From assembly GCF_009914755.1 (NCBI RefSeq), contig NC_060928.1: DNA of 64,000 bases; one strand, written 5' to 3'. The notes under the pieces are model-generated. The model was given only the letters and a program-made list of their open reading frames with translations. It made no database searches and was not told the DNA's origin. This DNA comes from the human T2T-CHM13v2.0 reference genome, Homo sapiens. A program made the position numbers and the translations under genes. Within the stretch, counting starts at the first letter, position 1; each line of letters begins with the position of its first letter. This document shows positions 12,370 to 24,403 of this stretch, piece by piece.

Positions 12370-14533
12370 ATAATCATGATATACTGATTTTCAAAAGTAT
12401 TATATTTACTGTTTTGACGAATGCAATCTACATGCCAAGTTGCCTTTGGGAAAACAGGTAAAAGAGTGGCAGAGAAGCTGTGGTGCAAGTGGGAAGCAAT
12501 ACCAAGAAACAGGAACAAAGAATAAAATTATAATCTCAGTGGTTCTCATTCAAAGTCACCCAGGCTCATTTCTTAATCACTCACCTATTTTTAATTTCTA
12601 TATGTGGTTCTCCTTGCCCTCTCCCAGGGGGCCACATTTCTCACCTCAGTAGTACTTGAGATTTTCATCATAGGTCCAACCTGCCCAAGATAAAGTGAGT
12701 ACCCAGTATGTACAACTATTATTTCCCTGATTGAATAGTCCAACATGAAAAATACGGCTTCATAAGGAACCAATATGAGCCTTTGATGCAACAATTTGAA
12801 ATGGGCCTAAGTCTTGCCACTATTAATACTTACTTGATGTGCATTAATTACCTTCCTCAAATGGCATAAAAAAACTCAGAGCTTATATAAATATCACAAC
12901 ATTCTCAGGCAGTGAACCTTTTTAAATACATTAGACTTACAGAATATAATAGATGGAAAGAAGAAAATTGGCTCATAATTGTACGATTACATAGAAAGTG
13001 TCTTTTAGGAGCAATTGCTCCATTTTCAGGTTTTAGTTTGCCAGATTTGCAATTTTTTCTCTTAGGGGAGGTACATGGTGAAATTTCAGATGAAATGGCG
13101 GGCTTAAAAGGAATCAAGTGACCCAATTGATGATCCTACATTAGGAAAATTACTCCTACACTTTCACTCCATTATGGTCAGTTTCTCAACAGGAAAATCT
13201 GAGGCAGAGGGCAAGTGCCACTGCTTTTGCAAAGTACTTCCCTGAATTGTATTATTTCAGAGATTGTGTTTCTGGTTCAACTTCCTTATGTTACAGATGA
13301 GGAAACGCTAAGATTTTTTGGTGTTTTTATATGCCTTAATCAAGGTCACTCAGGGAGTAACAAACAAAGTGAGAACACCAGTTTTTCTTATACCTGTCTA
13401 ACACATGATCATCAGAGCAAAATATGTCACCAGTAACGGTGATGGCACCATTACTGGTATTGTCACACTCTTATTCTGTTCCCTCTAAAGTCATTGACAT
13501 GAAAATGCTGAAGATATTAAAAGCAAAAATAAGTACTTTTCCTCACTGCATCTTAAAGGGATGTCCACTACTTCCCAAGTTCTTAAATTATGCAACAGAT
13601 AATCATGTGGGCTACAGATTCACTGTTGTCCAAGTCATCTGAACTTTCACATATTACCTGTGCCCTACAACCTGTATTTCAACACTTAGTTCAAACATAA
13701 ATAACTATGATAAGTGTTGTCAACTTACTTCAGAAGTAGGTTTCCAGTTATAATTTTGCATTTTTGTTAAGTCTTTTACATTTTTATTATTCTGTTTCTT
13801 TGTCTTATTCTAAAGCATATTTAATGGTATGATATCAAGTAGTATAAATATTAATAGCAATAGTAAAGTGTGATACCTCAACCCAATAAGGCTTGACAAA
13901 CATAAGATATAGAAATATAATGTTGCTTGATCATTTTGGTCTTATATGTGTTTAATAATTTTTATTTCTGTCCAGTTTTTTAAGCACTTGAAGCACAGAA
14001 ATGAGTTGTTTTAGTGTCACCCATAATTAGCTGTAACTTGTGTCACAACTCAACAGAAATTAAGATACTATCCAAAGGGGTCTGTTCACCGTATTGTGCA
14101 TATTATAAGCACTGGAGGATTGATTGTATTTTAGGTATTTGTTTCATTTCATTACATCTTTTATCTAGAGACTTTGTGATGATAAAATAAAGGATTGACA
14201 TACTATAGACCTGTTTACTACAAACTATAGATGATGATCGGTATGTCTTCTGATTATATATTTTTAATTGTCATCTCATTCAGGAATTAACAGATTCAAT
14301 TTTCCATGCATAACATAAAGACTAGTCTATGGTGTGTCACTTGGAAGTAGTGAAGTGGTAAAATCCAGCAAAGAGACCAAAAGGCGTGAAGGAGTTACAT
14401 TGATACAACTTAGGGAAAAATTCTTACAGATCAACTAGAACTTGTGGAGAAAGACAGATAAATCAAGAACTATGGATTGACTTGCAATCTTTTTAACACA
14501 AGAGTAAAAAGAGCCCAAATTAAGAGGAAATTT

Positions 14534-14630
14534 GAGTTAGAGTGAATTAGAGTTAGAGTTTGAGCTAGAGCTAAAGTTAGAACTAGTGTTAGAGCTGGAG
14601 TTTGTGTGGAGTTAGGATTAGAGGTCTAGG
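14534..14630. repeat. Degenerate hexamer repeat (GAGTTA)n, about 15 units
   Basis: gagtta gagttt gagcta gagcta aagtta gaacta gtgtta gagctg... 6-bp periodicity visible directly. Confidence 0.8.
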
Positions 14631-15058
14631 TCAAATCTACCCTGCTTCTGTTCACTTTCAGATGCCAGAGACTAGAAAAACCACAAGTCAGAAACAACCA
14701 GTCTCTAGACAAAACACTATAGGTAATACATACAAGTTAAATCCAGATCTCACTTTTCAGTAGCTTGCTGTTCACCACTAGGGTTCTAAGTATCAGTATA
14801 TTTATCTCTAACAAACATGACAGCTGCTAGTTTCTTGCCCCTTTAGAAATGGTGTTGCTTCCTGACAGCCTCACCCTGGACACTGCATGGGCCTGTCCTC
14901 TGGTCTGTCTTTGCTCTGAGTACACTGGGCAGCTGTCTCATTGTTGGAGATTTTTGCATCATTTCATCAATGTTGTACCTACACTAAAAGAAGAAAAATA
15001 GCATATAGTTGGGTTGGAGGATGTGCTTTGGATGTTCTCTGTAGAAAAATGATCCCCT

Positions 15059-15245
15059 GGCGGTCATGGTGGTGACCCATACCTGTAATCCCAGCACTTT
15101 GGGAGGCTGAGCGGGCAGATGACGAGGTCAGGAGATCGAGACCATCCTGGCTAACACGATGAAACCCCGTCTCTACTAAAAATACAAAAAATTAGCCAGG
15201 CATGGTGGCAGGCTCTAGTAGTCCCAGCTACTCGGGAGGCTGAGG
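15059..15245 (+). mobile_element. 3'-truncated AluY-like element
   Basis: 'gacgaggtcaggagatcgagaccatcctggctaacacg' (Y diagnostics); stops abruptly after 'ctcgggaggctgagg' with no tail or TSD. Confidence 0.9.
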
Positions 15246-15600
15246 AATGTCAATGTCACGAAAGGCAAAGAAAGACTAAGGAACTTTTCCAGATTGAAGG
15301 AGACTAAACAGACATGACATCTAAATTTGATATGTGGTCTTGGACCTTATTCTTGAAGGTACAAAGGTATAGAAGATATTACTGGGACAAAAATCAGATT
15401 ATGACTCATAGAATTAAGTACCAGTGTTAAATTTTTATACTAGATAACTATACAGTCCTTTTGTAAGAGAATATCCATGTTCCTAGGAAATACTGACATG
15501 TTACGGGACAAAAGACTATGATGCACAAAAACTGCTCCCAAATATATTCTTTTGGAAGAGTTAAATTGTTTTTGAAATTCTTGGATGTAGGCGGATTTAA
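15246..15600 (+). mobile_element. Old L1M (ME/MC-type) 3' UTR fragment
   Basis: 'aatgtcaatgtcacgaaaggcaaagaaagactaaggaacttttccagattgaaggagactaaacagacatgacatctaaat' is typical of L1ME/MC 3' regions. Confidence 0.7.
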
Positions 15601-17227
15601 CAGACATTATGAGATTTTGTGTCTATTTTTGGTACACATCTGAATACATTGTTTATTTTAAGTTTTTATGTTAATCAGTTTCAAACTTTCAGAAAAATTA
15701 TAAGAATAATACAGAAATCTTATACACACACACATACACAAGGGGGAAAAATCAAGTTTAAAGAAGATTCTCCCTCTTTGGGTCAATTATACAGCATTTA
15801 ACAAAAACATAAATTCATATAGTTATTTGGCCACTGAGAGAATGAAAGAGACATGTTCCCAATAAATATCTATCTGTTTGCCATATCATCTGCATCCAAC
15901 ATTAAAATTAGAGTGGAAAGTTGAGTGTATTGATAACTATGCTTGCATGGTAAGTTATTCTTGTTGCACTAGAGTATGACTGAACTTGTTAAGAGAAAAC
16001 AAACAAGAACAGATCTATAATGAAAAAGCTGTTTATAACTCCTTCTGGATAGGTAAAATATTCACTGTTAGACAGGGGTCACAGGTGTCATTTCTTTGGA
16101 AAATAAGGAGTAAAACAGATAAAAGCATCATCCATACTCAGCAGTACCTAAATGTTCATGATCGTGTTATTTCCAACTAAATCTTCATTTTTTTTTTGTC
16201 TTTCATATCCCACTTTGAATCCTCCTGGTGGAACCCAGCTGAGCTCAGTCAGACATGCAAGGTTGAATGTGCCTGCCAGACAGGCTTAACTATTTCCTAT
16301 GCATCTTAGTAGATACTAAAAAGCTACTATATTAAAATTGTTGATGAACAGGAATTAAAAGCATCCTTCCTCAGGTGTAAGCCAGCATGTGATATTTCTG
16401 AAGATGAGACGATCTGGCAATAATCATAAATACTGAAGCTATTGCTCATATAAGTTAGTGTACATTGCCAGAATGAATTATTTAGTGAATTTTACTGATG
16501 GATACCTTAAATAGCATTCAGTTTAGACAGTGATGTGCTTTCTAGTTAAGGAAAGCATCTAAAACACAAACATACTCATGTTTTAACTACTAAAATCCAA
16601 TATACTACTTTGCATTAACAATCATGTATCTCAACCTTAAAATTCACCTTCTCTGACTACTTGTTAAAATCTAATCCTGCACCACTTTTCTCATGACTCT
16701 TTCTAAGAGGCCATGATTGTGTTTATTAAATAGTGGTAGCCTTACTCACAAGAGTAGCAGTGCTGTGCTGTGTCAAGAGACTGTCAAAACATTTGGAGAA
16801 ATACATTATTTCTCTGGATTTACAAAGGAAAAACAAAACAAAATTTTTAGAAGATAAAATCAATACATTAAATAGTTCAATGCAAAACATATATAATGTT
16901 TTTACCCATATATGTTGATGTGATTATGATGATGATAACTTTCCTGCTATGAAGTTCATTGATCCCAAACAATGAAATTCAATTACACCTAATTTCGGAA
17001 CAAAAAGAACCTACTGAATTAGACACAGTAACTAACAGAATTGAGGGAGAAGAGGAAATGAGGAAGAGACGAGCCTTAAGAAGGAGTAAAGTTAGAGAAC
17101 CAGGACTCCAAAGAGTAGTGACTAAAAGTCTCTTCAGTATTCTTTCATCTGAATGACTAAGCTAAGTTTAAAGGAGAAAAGAAAAGATAATGTGAACAGT
17201 TTAGCTATTCTCAAGTAAAGGATCTTA

Positions 17228-17534
<307 letters not shown>

Positions 17535-17661
17535 TCAACGAGGAATGAGACTTATTCTGAGTTATATTCGGAAGGAAGAATATAACTCAGTGGGGAAATG
17601 TTTGTCCAATGACATTCCTTTCAACTCAGTAACAATTAGAATCACTCTTAAAAGAGGTCAA

Positions 17662-17940
17662 GGCCAGGCTCGGTGGCTCACACTGTAATCCTAGCACTGT
17701 TGGAGGCCGAGGTCGGTGGATCACTTGAGGTTAGGAGTCTGAGACCAGCCTGGCAACATGGTGAAACCCCATCTCTACTAAAAACACAAAAATTAGCCAG
17801 GTGTGGTGGCGCATGCCTGTAATACCAGCTACTCAGGAGGCTGAGGCAGGAGAATTCCTTGAACTGGGAGGCAGAAGTTGTGATGAGTGGAGATCACATC
17901 ACTTCACTCCAGTCTGAGTGACGGAGACTCCATCTCAAAA
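17662..17940 (+). mobile_element. AluS (Sx/Sz-like)
   Basis: Dimeric Alu with 12-bp TSD aaaagaggtcaa (17650-17661 / 17941-17952). Confidence 0.93.
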
Positions 17941-17952
17941 AAAAGAGGTCAA

Positions 17953-18095
17953 AACACTCTTCATAGATGTGTCCAGAGAGCAACTAGGTGACCACCATGT
18001 AATCCATCAGGCATGGATCAAAGGTAATCCCTATCTTGGTTGTCAGTTGACCAGGTGACTTCCCAGACCCTTTTCAACTTAAGATTCTGTGATTT
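17953..18095 (+). mobile_element. L3/CR1 3' terminus (possible host of the two Alus)
   Basis: 'gttgaccaggtgacttcccagacccttttcaacttaagattctgtgatt' matches a CR1/L3 end. Confidence 0.55.
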
Positions 18096-18767
18096 CCCCC
18101 TGAAGACAAAATAATTTTCTGTCTCAAAAAATATTTTGCCTAGGAAATATGTCCAAAGCCCAAATGTAGATGCTTAAAGGGTTCTTTCTCTTATTTCAAA
18201 AGATATTATTCTAGAATTTAAAAAATACTATTAACTTTCAAAATTCCCAATTAGTCTAGAATTTCTCCATTTAAAACCCAAAGCTGGGTGTATTTTATTA
18301 GTGTACTTTTTCTTCGAATTGCTCTGCTTATTAGTATTAATTGCCAACTGCAGAACATCTGAGTACCCGGGCCTGAAACTGTGGATTTGGAGTATGTTAA
18401 AACTACGTGTTAGACATACATTATAATAATTAATCTCTAAAAGTGTGGTTATTTTAAATTAAATTATTTTTGCACATAACCAAATAGATTCTATGGTACA
18501 GTTTTAATAAAGGTCTATCCTCTTTCTGAAAAAGCTTTTATCATCTCGCCTTTAGAGTCTTCTTCAATATAAATTGTGCAAGAGATTAACAAAGATTATA
18601 TATTTAAAAATTCTGTGCAAGTATTTTGATATGTACTTCCAGTGAGAAAATATACATTTATCAAAAGAAATCTTCTCTATGGCAAAATAAATGTAAGCAC
18701 TTATTTGTAGCTCATTGGCTTATACTATTTACAAACAAAAAAGCTCAACTGTTTCTGCCTCACAGAG

Positions 18768-18827
18768 ATACACATGTGCACACAAACACACACACACAGA
18801 GAGAGAGAGAGAGAAAGAGAGAGAGAG
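18768..18827. repeat. Compound (CA)n(GA)n microsatellite
   Basis: Direct sequence. Confidence 0.85.
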
Positions 18828-19994
18828 TAATATACTGGGTGACTAAACATGAAAGTTTTACTAAATATCAAGTAAAAGTCAAGAAATTAATCAAAGCATA
18901 CAATTAATGAAGATTGGCTCCAAGAACTAAGAGTTTCTAGAGAACTAGTAGAAAGAAAACATACAAGTTAGTTGTAAAATTAAAAGACAACGTTGACCTT
19001 AATGTTCTCATTTTAAAATAAAAATGTGGCCAGATTGGTAGAAATAATAAATGGAGGAAAGGGTGTAAAATTCATTAGAAATTTTCTCAAAGGAGGTGGC
19101 AAGATTTCTTTGAAAAATCAAGCTCCTAACAGAGTATGGGAGATTTTCTTTATTTTTAGTTCAAAATCTGTTATGAAGAAAGAGTTCCAGGGAAGAGAAA
19201 TATAAATGGCAGCACCAGACCTCCAAAACACTGCAGAGTTCTAACACCTCCAGGAATTGCAGTTGTCTCTTCCGCCTACAGATTTCAATCATCCCTGCAG
19301 CCTCAGTCTTCAACCATCTGAGGACAACCCATCAATATAACTGATAACAAACCCAATCTGTGTTCTGGAAGGGAAAGTTAATAGTGAACATATTCAGAAT
19401 ACCATTTATCCCAGAAGACACATTGACATTCTAGAGTTAAGAAATATGGTTTCTTTTCACATTACTTTCATTGCGAAAAATTGTTGACTATTTTGGAGTT
19501 TAGTTTTTTGATTGCAATTTGAATGACAAATTAACAGAAACTACTGGAAGGCATCTAGAGGTTGTGTAGGTGAATGAAGCACTGATAATGTGTTACTCAA
19601 ATCAATCCATTGTGTTATAAAGCAAACCCTTTTGTCCTTGTATGTTCTGTCTCAAGAGATAATTATAATACATATTTATTACTTATAACAATCTACTTTA
19701 TATAATATAACATAATATTAATAAATATCTATTGATAAACTAATATTAGTATATTGATACCTTATTTTGATGTGTTTTTTATAGCTTTAATAAACTGAAA
19801 ATAAAATAGAATATAGAATATTTTTTGTAAAAGAGGAAAAACAATCCTCTTTTATTCTACACTAAAATCACTGCTTCACAAAGAAAAACTTTGATGGACT
19901 AGAAACAAATAGTGTATGATATTTATATTGTGCTGTTACTCACATAGACATTAATACAATAACGCAATGAGCCCCGAATGGTGAGCCAAATGAA

Positions 19995-20240
19995 TGAGTT
20001 AAGAGCATAGACTTTGGAGACAGATTTACTGGACTTAAATCCTGTATTTAATTAAAGTTGAATTGTTTATTGCAATTTAGCCTTGGGCAAGTCTCTTATT
20101 TCATCTATCCAATATGTAAATATTGAATGATATAGTGGTGATATTACTAGGGTTGTAAAAAATACAATGAGTAAAATATATGTTATGCACTAGAAAACAC
20201 TTCAAGCATGTTATCATGGACAAATAAATATTTGCTATTA
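19995..20240 (+). mobile_element. MIR SINE
   Basis: 'gttaagagcatagactttggagacaga...gccttgggcaagtc...aataaatatttgctatta'. Confidence 0.7.
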
Positions 20241-21237
20241 AATTGTATGTTTGTACATATACACAGACACAAACATGTTCTTTTCCAACCCTACACTACA
20301 CATATATTAACTAAAATTGCCATGGGAGTTCTTTGTGAACAGAGATCTATTGTGAAAACAGAAATGGTTATGGAAACAGAAGGCTGGAGTTCAGTTCCCA
20401 GCATCAGTACTTTGTTCCCATTGTGCTGCAATTTATTGGGTATTTTAAATACTCCCCTTCACTAATTATTTTTTGCAGCTAATTTATCTATATTCCATAA
20501 ATACAGTATGTATAGGCTTCATAAATTCCAAATAAATTTCTCTGGTTTACCCTGGATCTTGTACTTTATTCTTGAGCATACATTTTGTAATGTCTATGGC
20601 TATTTTCAATACTAGAGCAGTAAGACAAAAATTTAAATAGGTATTTATTATTTAAACAATTGTAGAGGTTTTATTTTCGGATTTCATGTGGGAAACAATG
20701 AGAGGAAAACACTGAAATTTAGACATTTTAATCTTTATATCATATTCAATTAGACTTTGAATCCCACAATATATCAGGGCTTGTAGTCATTAGAAGTCTA
20801 AGTATGTTGAAATATAAGAGTAAAGAATATTCTGTAGACCCCTTTTTTAAAATCTAGGTTAAAGATGTCAGTGTAATGGAATAAACAAACAAACAAAAAG
20901 CAGTGACTACTGTTAAATGTACATACTTTCCAATATTATTCCCATGTTTTTGCTTTGCCTCCTATGCGTATGTATTTTCACGTATGTGTTCACACACAGA
21001 TGCACAAAGCTAGTGGACCTGTGGTGCATATTACATTGAGAAAATATCACATCTGTTGAACTTAAAGACATAATCCAGGGGAAAGTTAGGTTTTCTAAAT
21101 GACTCCTTTTTGTCTCTTTCATTTTCTTAACATGTAATATATTGAATAGATATTTAAACATTTAATATATTGAAACTATAATGAAGAGTGTTTGTTATGA
21201 GAAAAGAGAGAGGACAGACAAGAGAAAAGAATGGCTA

Positions 21238-21569
21238 GAAGTTCAAAGTTCCACAGATCTCTGGGGCAGGGACAAAAAGCCACCAGTCTCTTTGCTAAAG
21301 CATAGCAAGAGTGAATTTTACTCCAGTTCTCAAAAAGTTTCTCATTTCCATCTGAGACCACTAGGCCTAGACTTCATTGTCTGTATCACTATCAGCATTT
21401 TGGTTCAAAGGCATTCGACAAGTCTCTAGGAAGATCCAAACTTTCCCACATCTTCCTGTCTTCTTCTGAGTCCTCCAAACTGTTCCAACCTCTGCTTGTT
21501 ACCCAGTTCCAGTCACTTGTACATTCTCAGGTATCTTATAGCAATACCCCACTCCTGGTACCAATTTAC
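21238..21569 (-). mobile_element. THE1/MST internal region, first ~330 bp only
   Basis: Antisense of 'gtaaattggtaccaggagtggggtattgct...tggaactgggtaac...gtgggaaagtttgga...ggaactttgaactt', directly abutting the LTR. Confidence 0.85.
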
Positions 21570-21940
21570 TGTATTAGTCTGTTTTCACACTGCTATGAAG
21601 AAATACCCAAGGCTAGGTAATTTATAAAAGAAAGACATTTAACTGACTTGCATTCCTGCATTGCTATGGAGGCCCCAGGAAACTTAAAATCATGTTGGAA
21701 GGCAAAGGAGAAGGGCAGCAGGACACAGGGCAGCAGGACAGAGTGAGTGCAAGCAGGGCAAATGCCAGATGTTTGTATAACCATCATGATAACTCACTCA
21801 CTATCATGAGAACAGTATGGGAGAGAAACCTCCCCCATGATCCAATTACCTTCACCTGGTCTCACCCTTGACATGGGGAGACTATGGGGATTACAATTTG
21901 AGGTGACATTTGGGTGGGGACCCAGAGCCAAACCATATCA
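21570..21940 (-). mobile_element. THE1D-like LTR (5' LTR of a truncated provirus)
   Basis: tgtattagtc...ccaaaccatatca termini; minus strand begins tgatatggtttggctctgggtccccacccaaat...aattgtaatccccata. Confidence 0.9.
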
Positions 21941-22279
21941 AATAGCATCTAAGAGAAATATTTTAATCCTGAGGTACATAGACTACCAACCTTCCCAAGA
22001 TTTTTGTGCCCCAAGTTGAACAAAAGCAGCAGGGTAGCAGCCATCCAAATGCATTAGGCAGTGCAGGGTAATAGGCTCCTTGACAAGAAGCTCTGTGGGT
22101 ATAAAAGCCAGTACCTAAGAGACCTCAATGTTTTGACACTGTGTGAAATGTGGGATTATTTTATCTTATTCTAAGTAATAAATGTCACTATGAAGATTAT
22201 AACTAAAATTCCCCCATATTAGTGAAATGAAGATCAACATCAAACTTAATTTGAATAAAAATGTTAAAGTATGTATAAA

Positions 22280-23895
22280 GACTTCTAGTTTCAGCTCTAA
22301 TATGTAAAGATCTCAGTAATTTTTATTCTGAAACTTACAATAATAAAAGTCTAGATTAACTGAAAATGATCACTTTATTTGGACTTACAAAAGAGCTGAG
22401 TTTGCAGGGCAAACGACTATCATAAAAATTTGGAAGACAGATGAATCCAGAAAATCACAGCAGAGACCCGATTACCTGGAACAAAAGCCACTGGAGCCAT
22501 AAAATGATGTTAAAGATAAATGGTAATTTTGAAAAACTGCTAGAGGCTGCATTGCTAGAACAGCATAAGATTTAAAAACTGAAACCAGAGTAATAATAGG
22601 TAGATCCCAAAACTTTCATAGGAAGGTACAGAAATGTAACCAGGTACTCACAGTAAAGATTCTGGAAAGACCACTTCCAAGCTCTGACTAAAGGAGAAGA
22701 AGAGTATTTATTGGGAAATGTACCCAGAGCCTTCTCCATAACAAAAGCTTTGTATTCAGAAGGAAAAATCTTACCATAGCCTTCTCCCAGACCATGTGGG
22801 ATGGGCATTCCTTTCTCTCCAGCTCCCTTTAAACTTTTTGTCTCAATTACTGGAGATTGGAGATTATAGAATAATCCCGTTTTCATAATGTACTACCACA
22901 CTAACATAACTGTAGTATAACAACAGTGGATTACAGCTAAACAATCTATATGACACAGGTTCTGACTGAGAAGGAACATGTAGGAGAGGCCAAAGTCAAG
23001 AGGAGACCTAAAAACAAGAGGAATTCAAAGCCTCTACTACCTATTGTTACAGCAAACACTAAACACAACCCAGCTTCTTACCACATTAACATAAATTCTC
23101 AAGTTTAAGCCTATTTATCTCAGTTCCTATTGCCAGATAACATGTCTGGCTTTCAGTTAAAACAAAAACGACAACAACAAGAAACATGTCTCATGCCAAA
23201 AGGCAGGTAAAAATACAATAACAAGAAACAATGAAAGTATCAGAACCAGACTCAGATATGAAACAAATGTTGGAATCATCAGACAAGAAATTTACAATGT
23301 CTAATGTTCATGTGTTAAGGGATATAATGGAAAAAATGGACCACATACAAGAGCAGATATGTGATGAAACCACAGAAACAGAAAATCTAAGATGCAAAAA
23401 TAAATGCTAGATATTAAAAACATTGTTATAAAAAGTATTTTTGATGGTCTTAGCATAATCAAAACAGATCAGAAAAAAAACCTCAAAGTGATGTTAATAG
23501 AAACTTCCCAAACTGAACTGCAAAAAGAAAGACCAAAACCAAAAGCAGCAAAAGCATCCAAGAACTCTGAGACATTATTAAAAGATCTTTTCATAACTGG
23601 AATAGTGGGAGAAGAAAAATAGAGAGCAGAGCAGAAGGAAAAATATTTAAAACAATAATTGGCCAAGAACTTTTCAAAATTAATGACATACACAAAATAA
23701 GATTCAATAGCCCAGAGAACACCAAGCACAACAAATGCAAATAAAATACCATTTCACCTAGGAATATCATATTCAAGACAACCAAAAACAAAATTATGAC
23801 AGAAGCTGGAGCATAGGCTGAACTCTTAACTATAGAGCAATAAAGATAAGAGTCACTTTGGACTTCCCATCAGAAACCATGCGAGCAGGAAGTGT
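22280..23895 (+). mobile_element. Old L1M (MC/MD-type) 5' UTR and decayed ORF1
   Basis: A-rich ORF1 relic ('cagaaccagactcagatatg', 'gagaacaccaagca', 'gacttcccatcagaaaccatgc'); ORF 23404-23622 resembles an L1M ORF1 coiled-coil segment. Confidence 0.75.
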
Positions 23896-24104
23896 TTATA
23901 TATACAAATGTGTGGGTGCATGTGTATGCATTCTCAATTTTTATTTTATGTTAAAGGAGTGCATGTGCAGGTTTGTAAATTGCATGTAGCTGGGGTTTGG
24001 TGTCCAAATGATTTCATCACATAGGTAGTGAGCAAAATACCCGATAGGTAGTTTTTTGACTCTCACCCAATTCCCACCCTCCTCTTTAAGAAGTCTCCAG
24101 TGTT

Positions 24105-24403
<299 letters not shown>

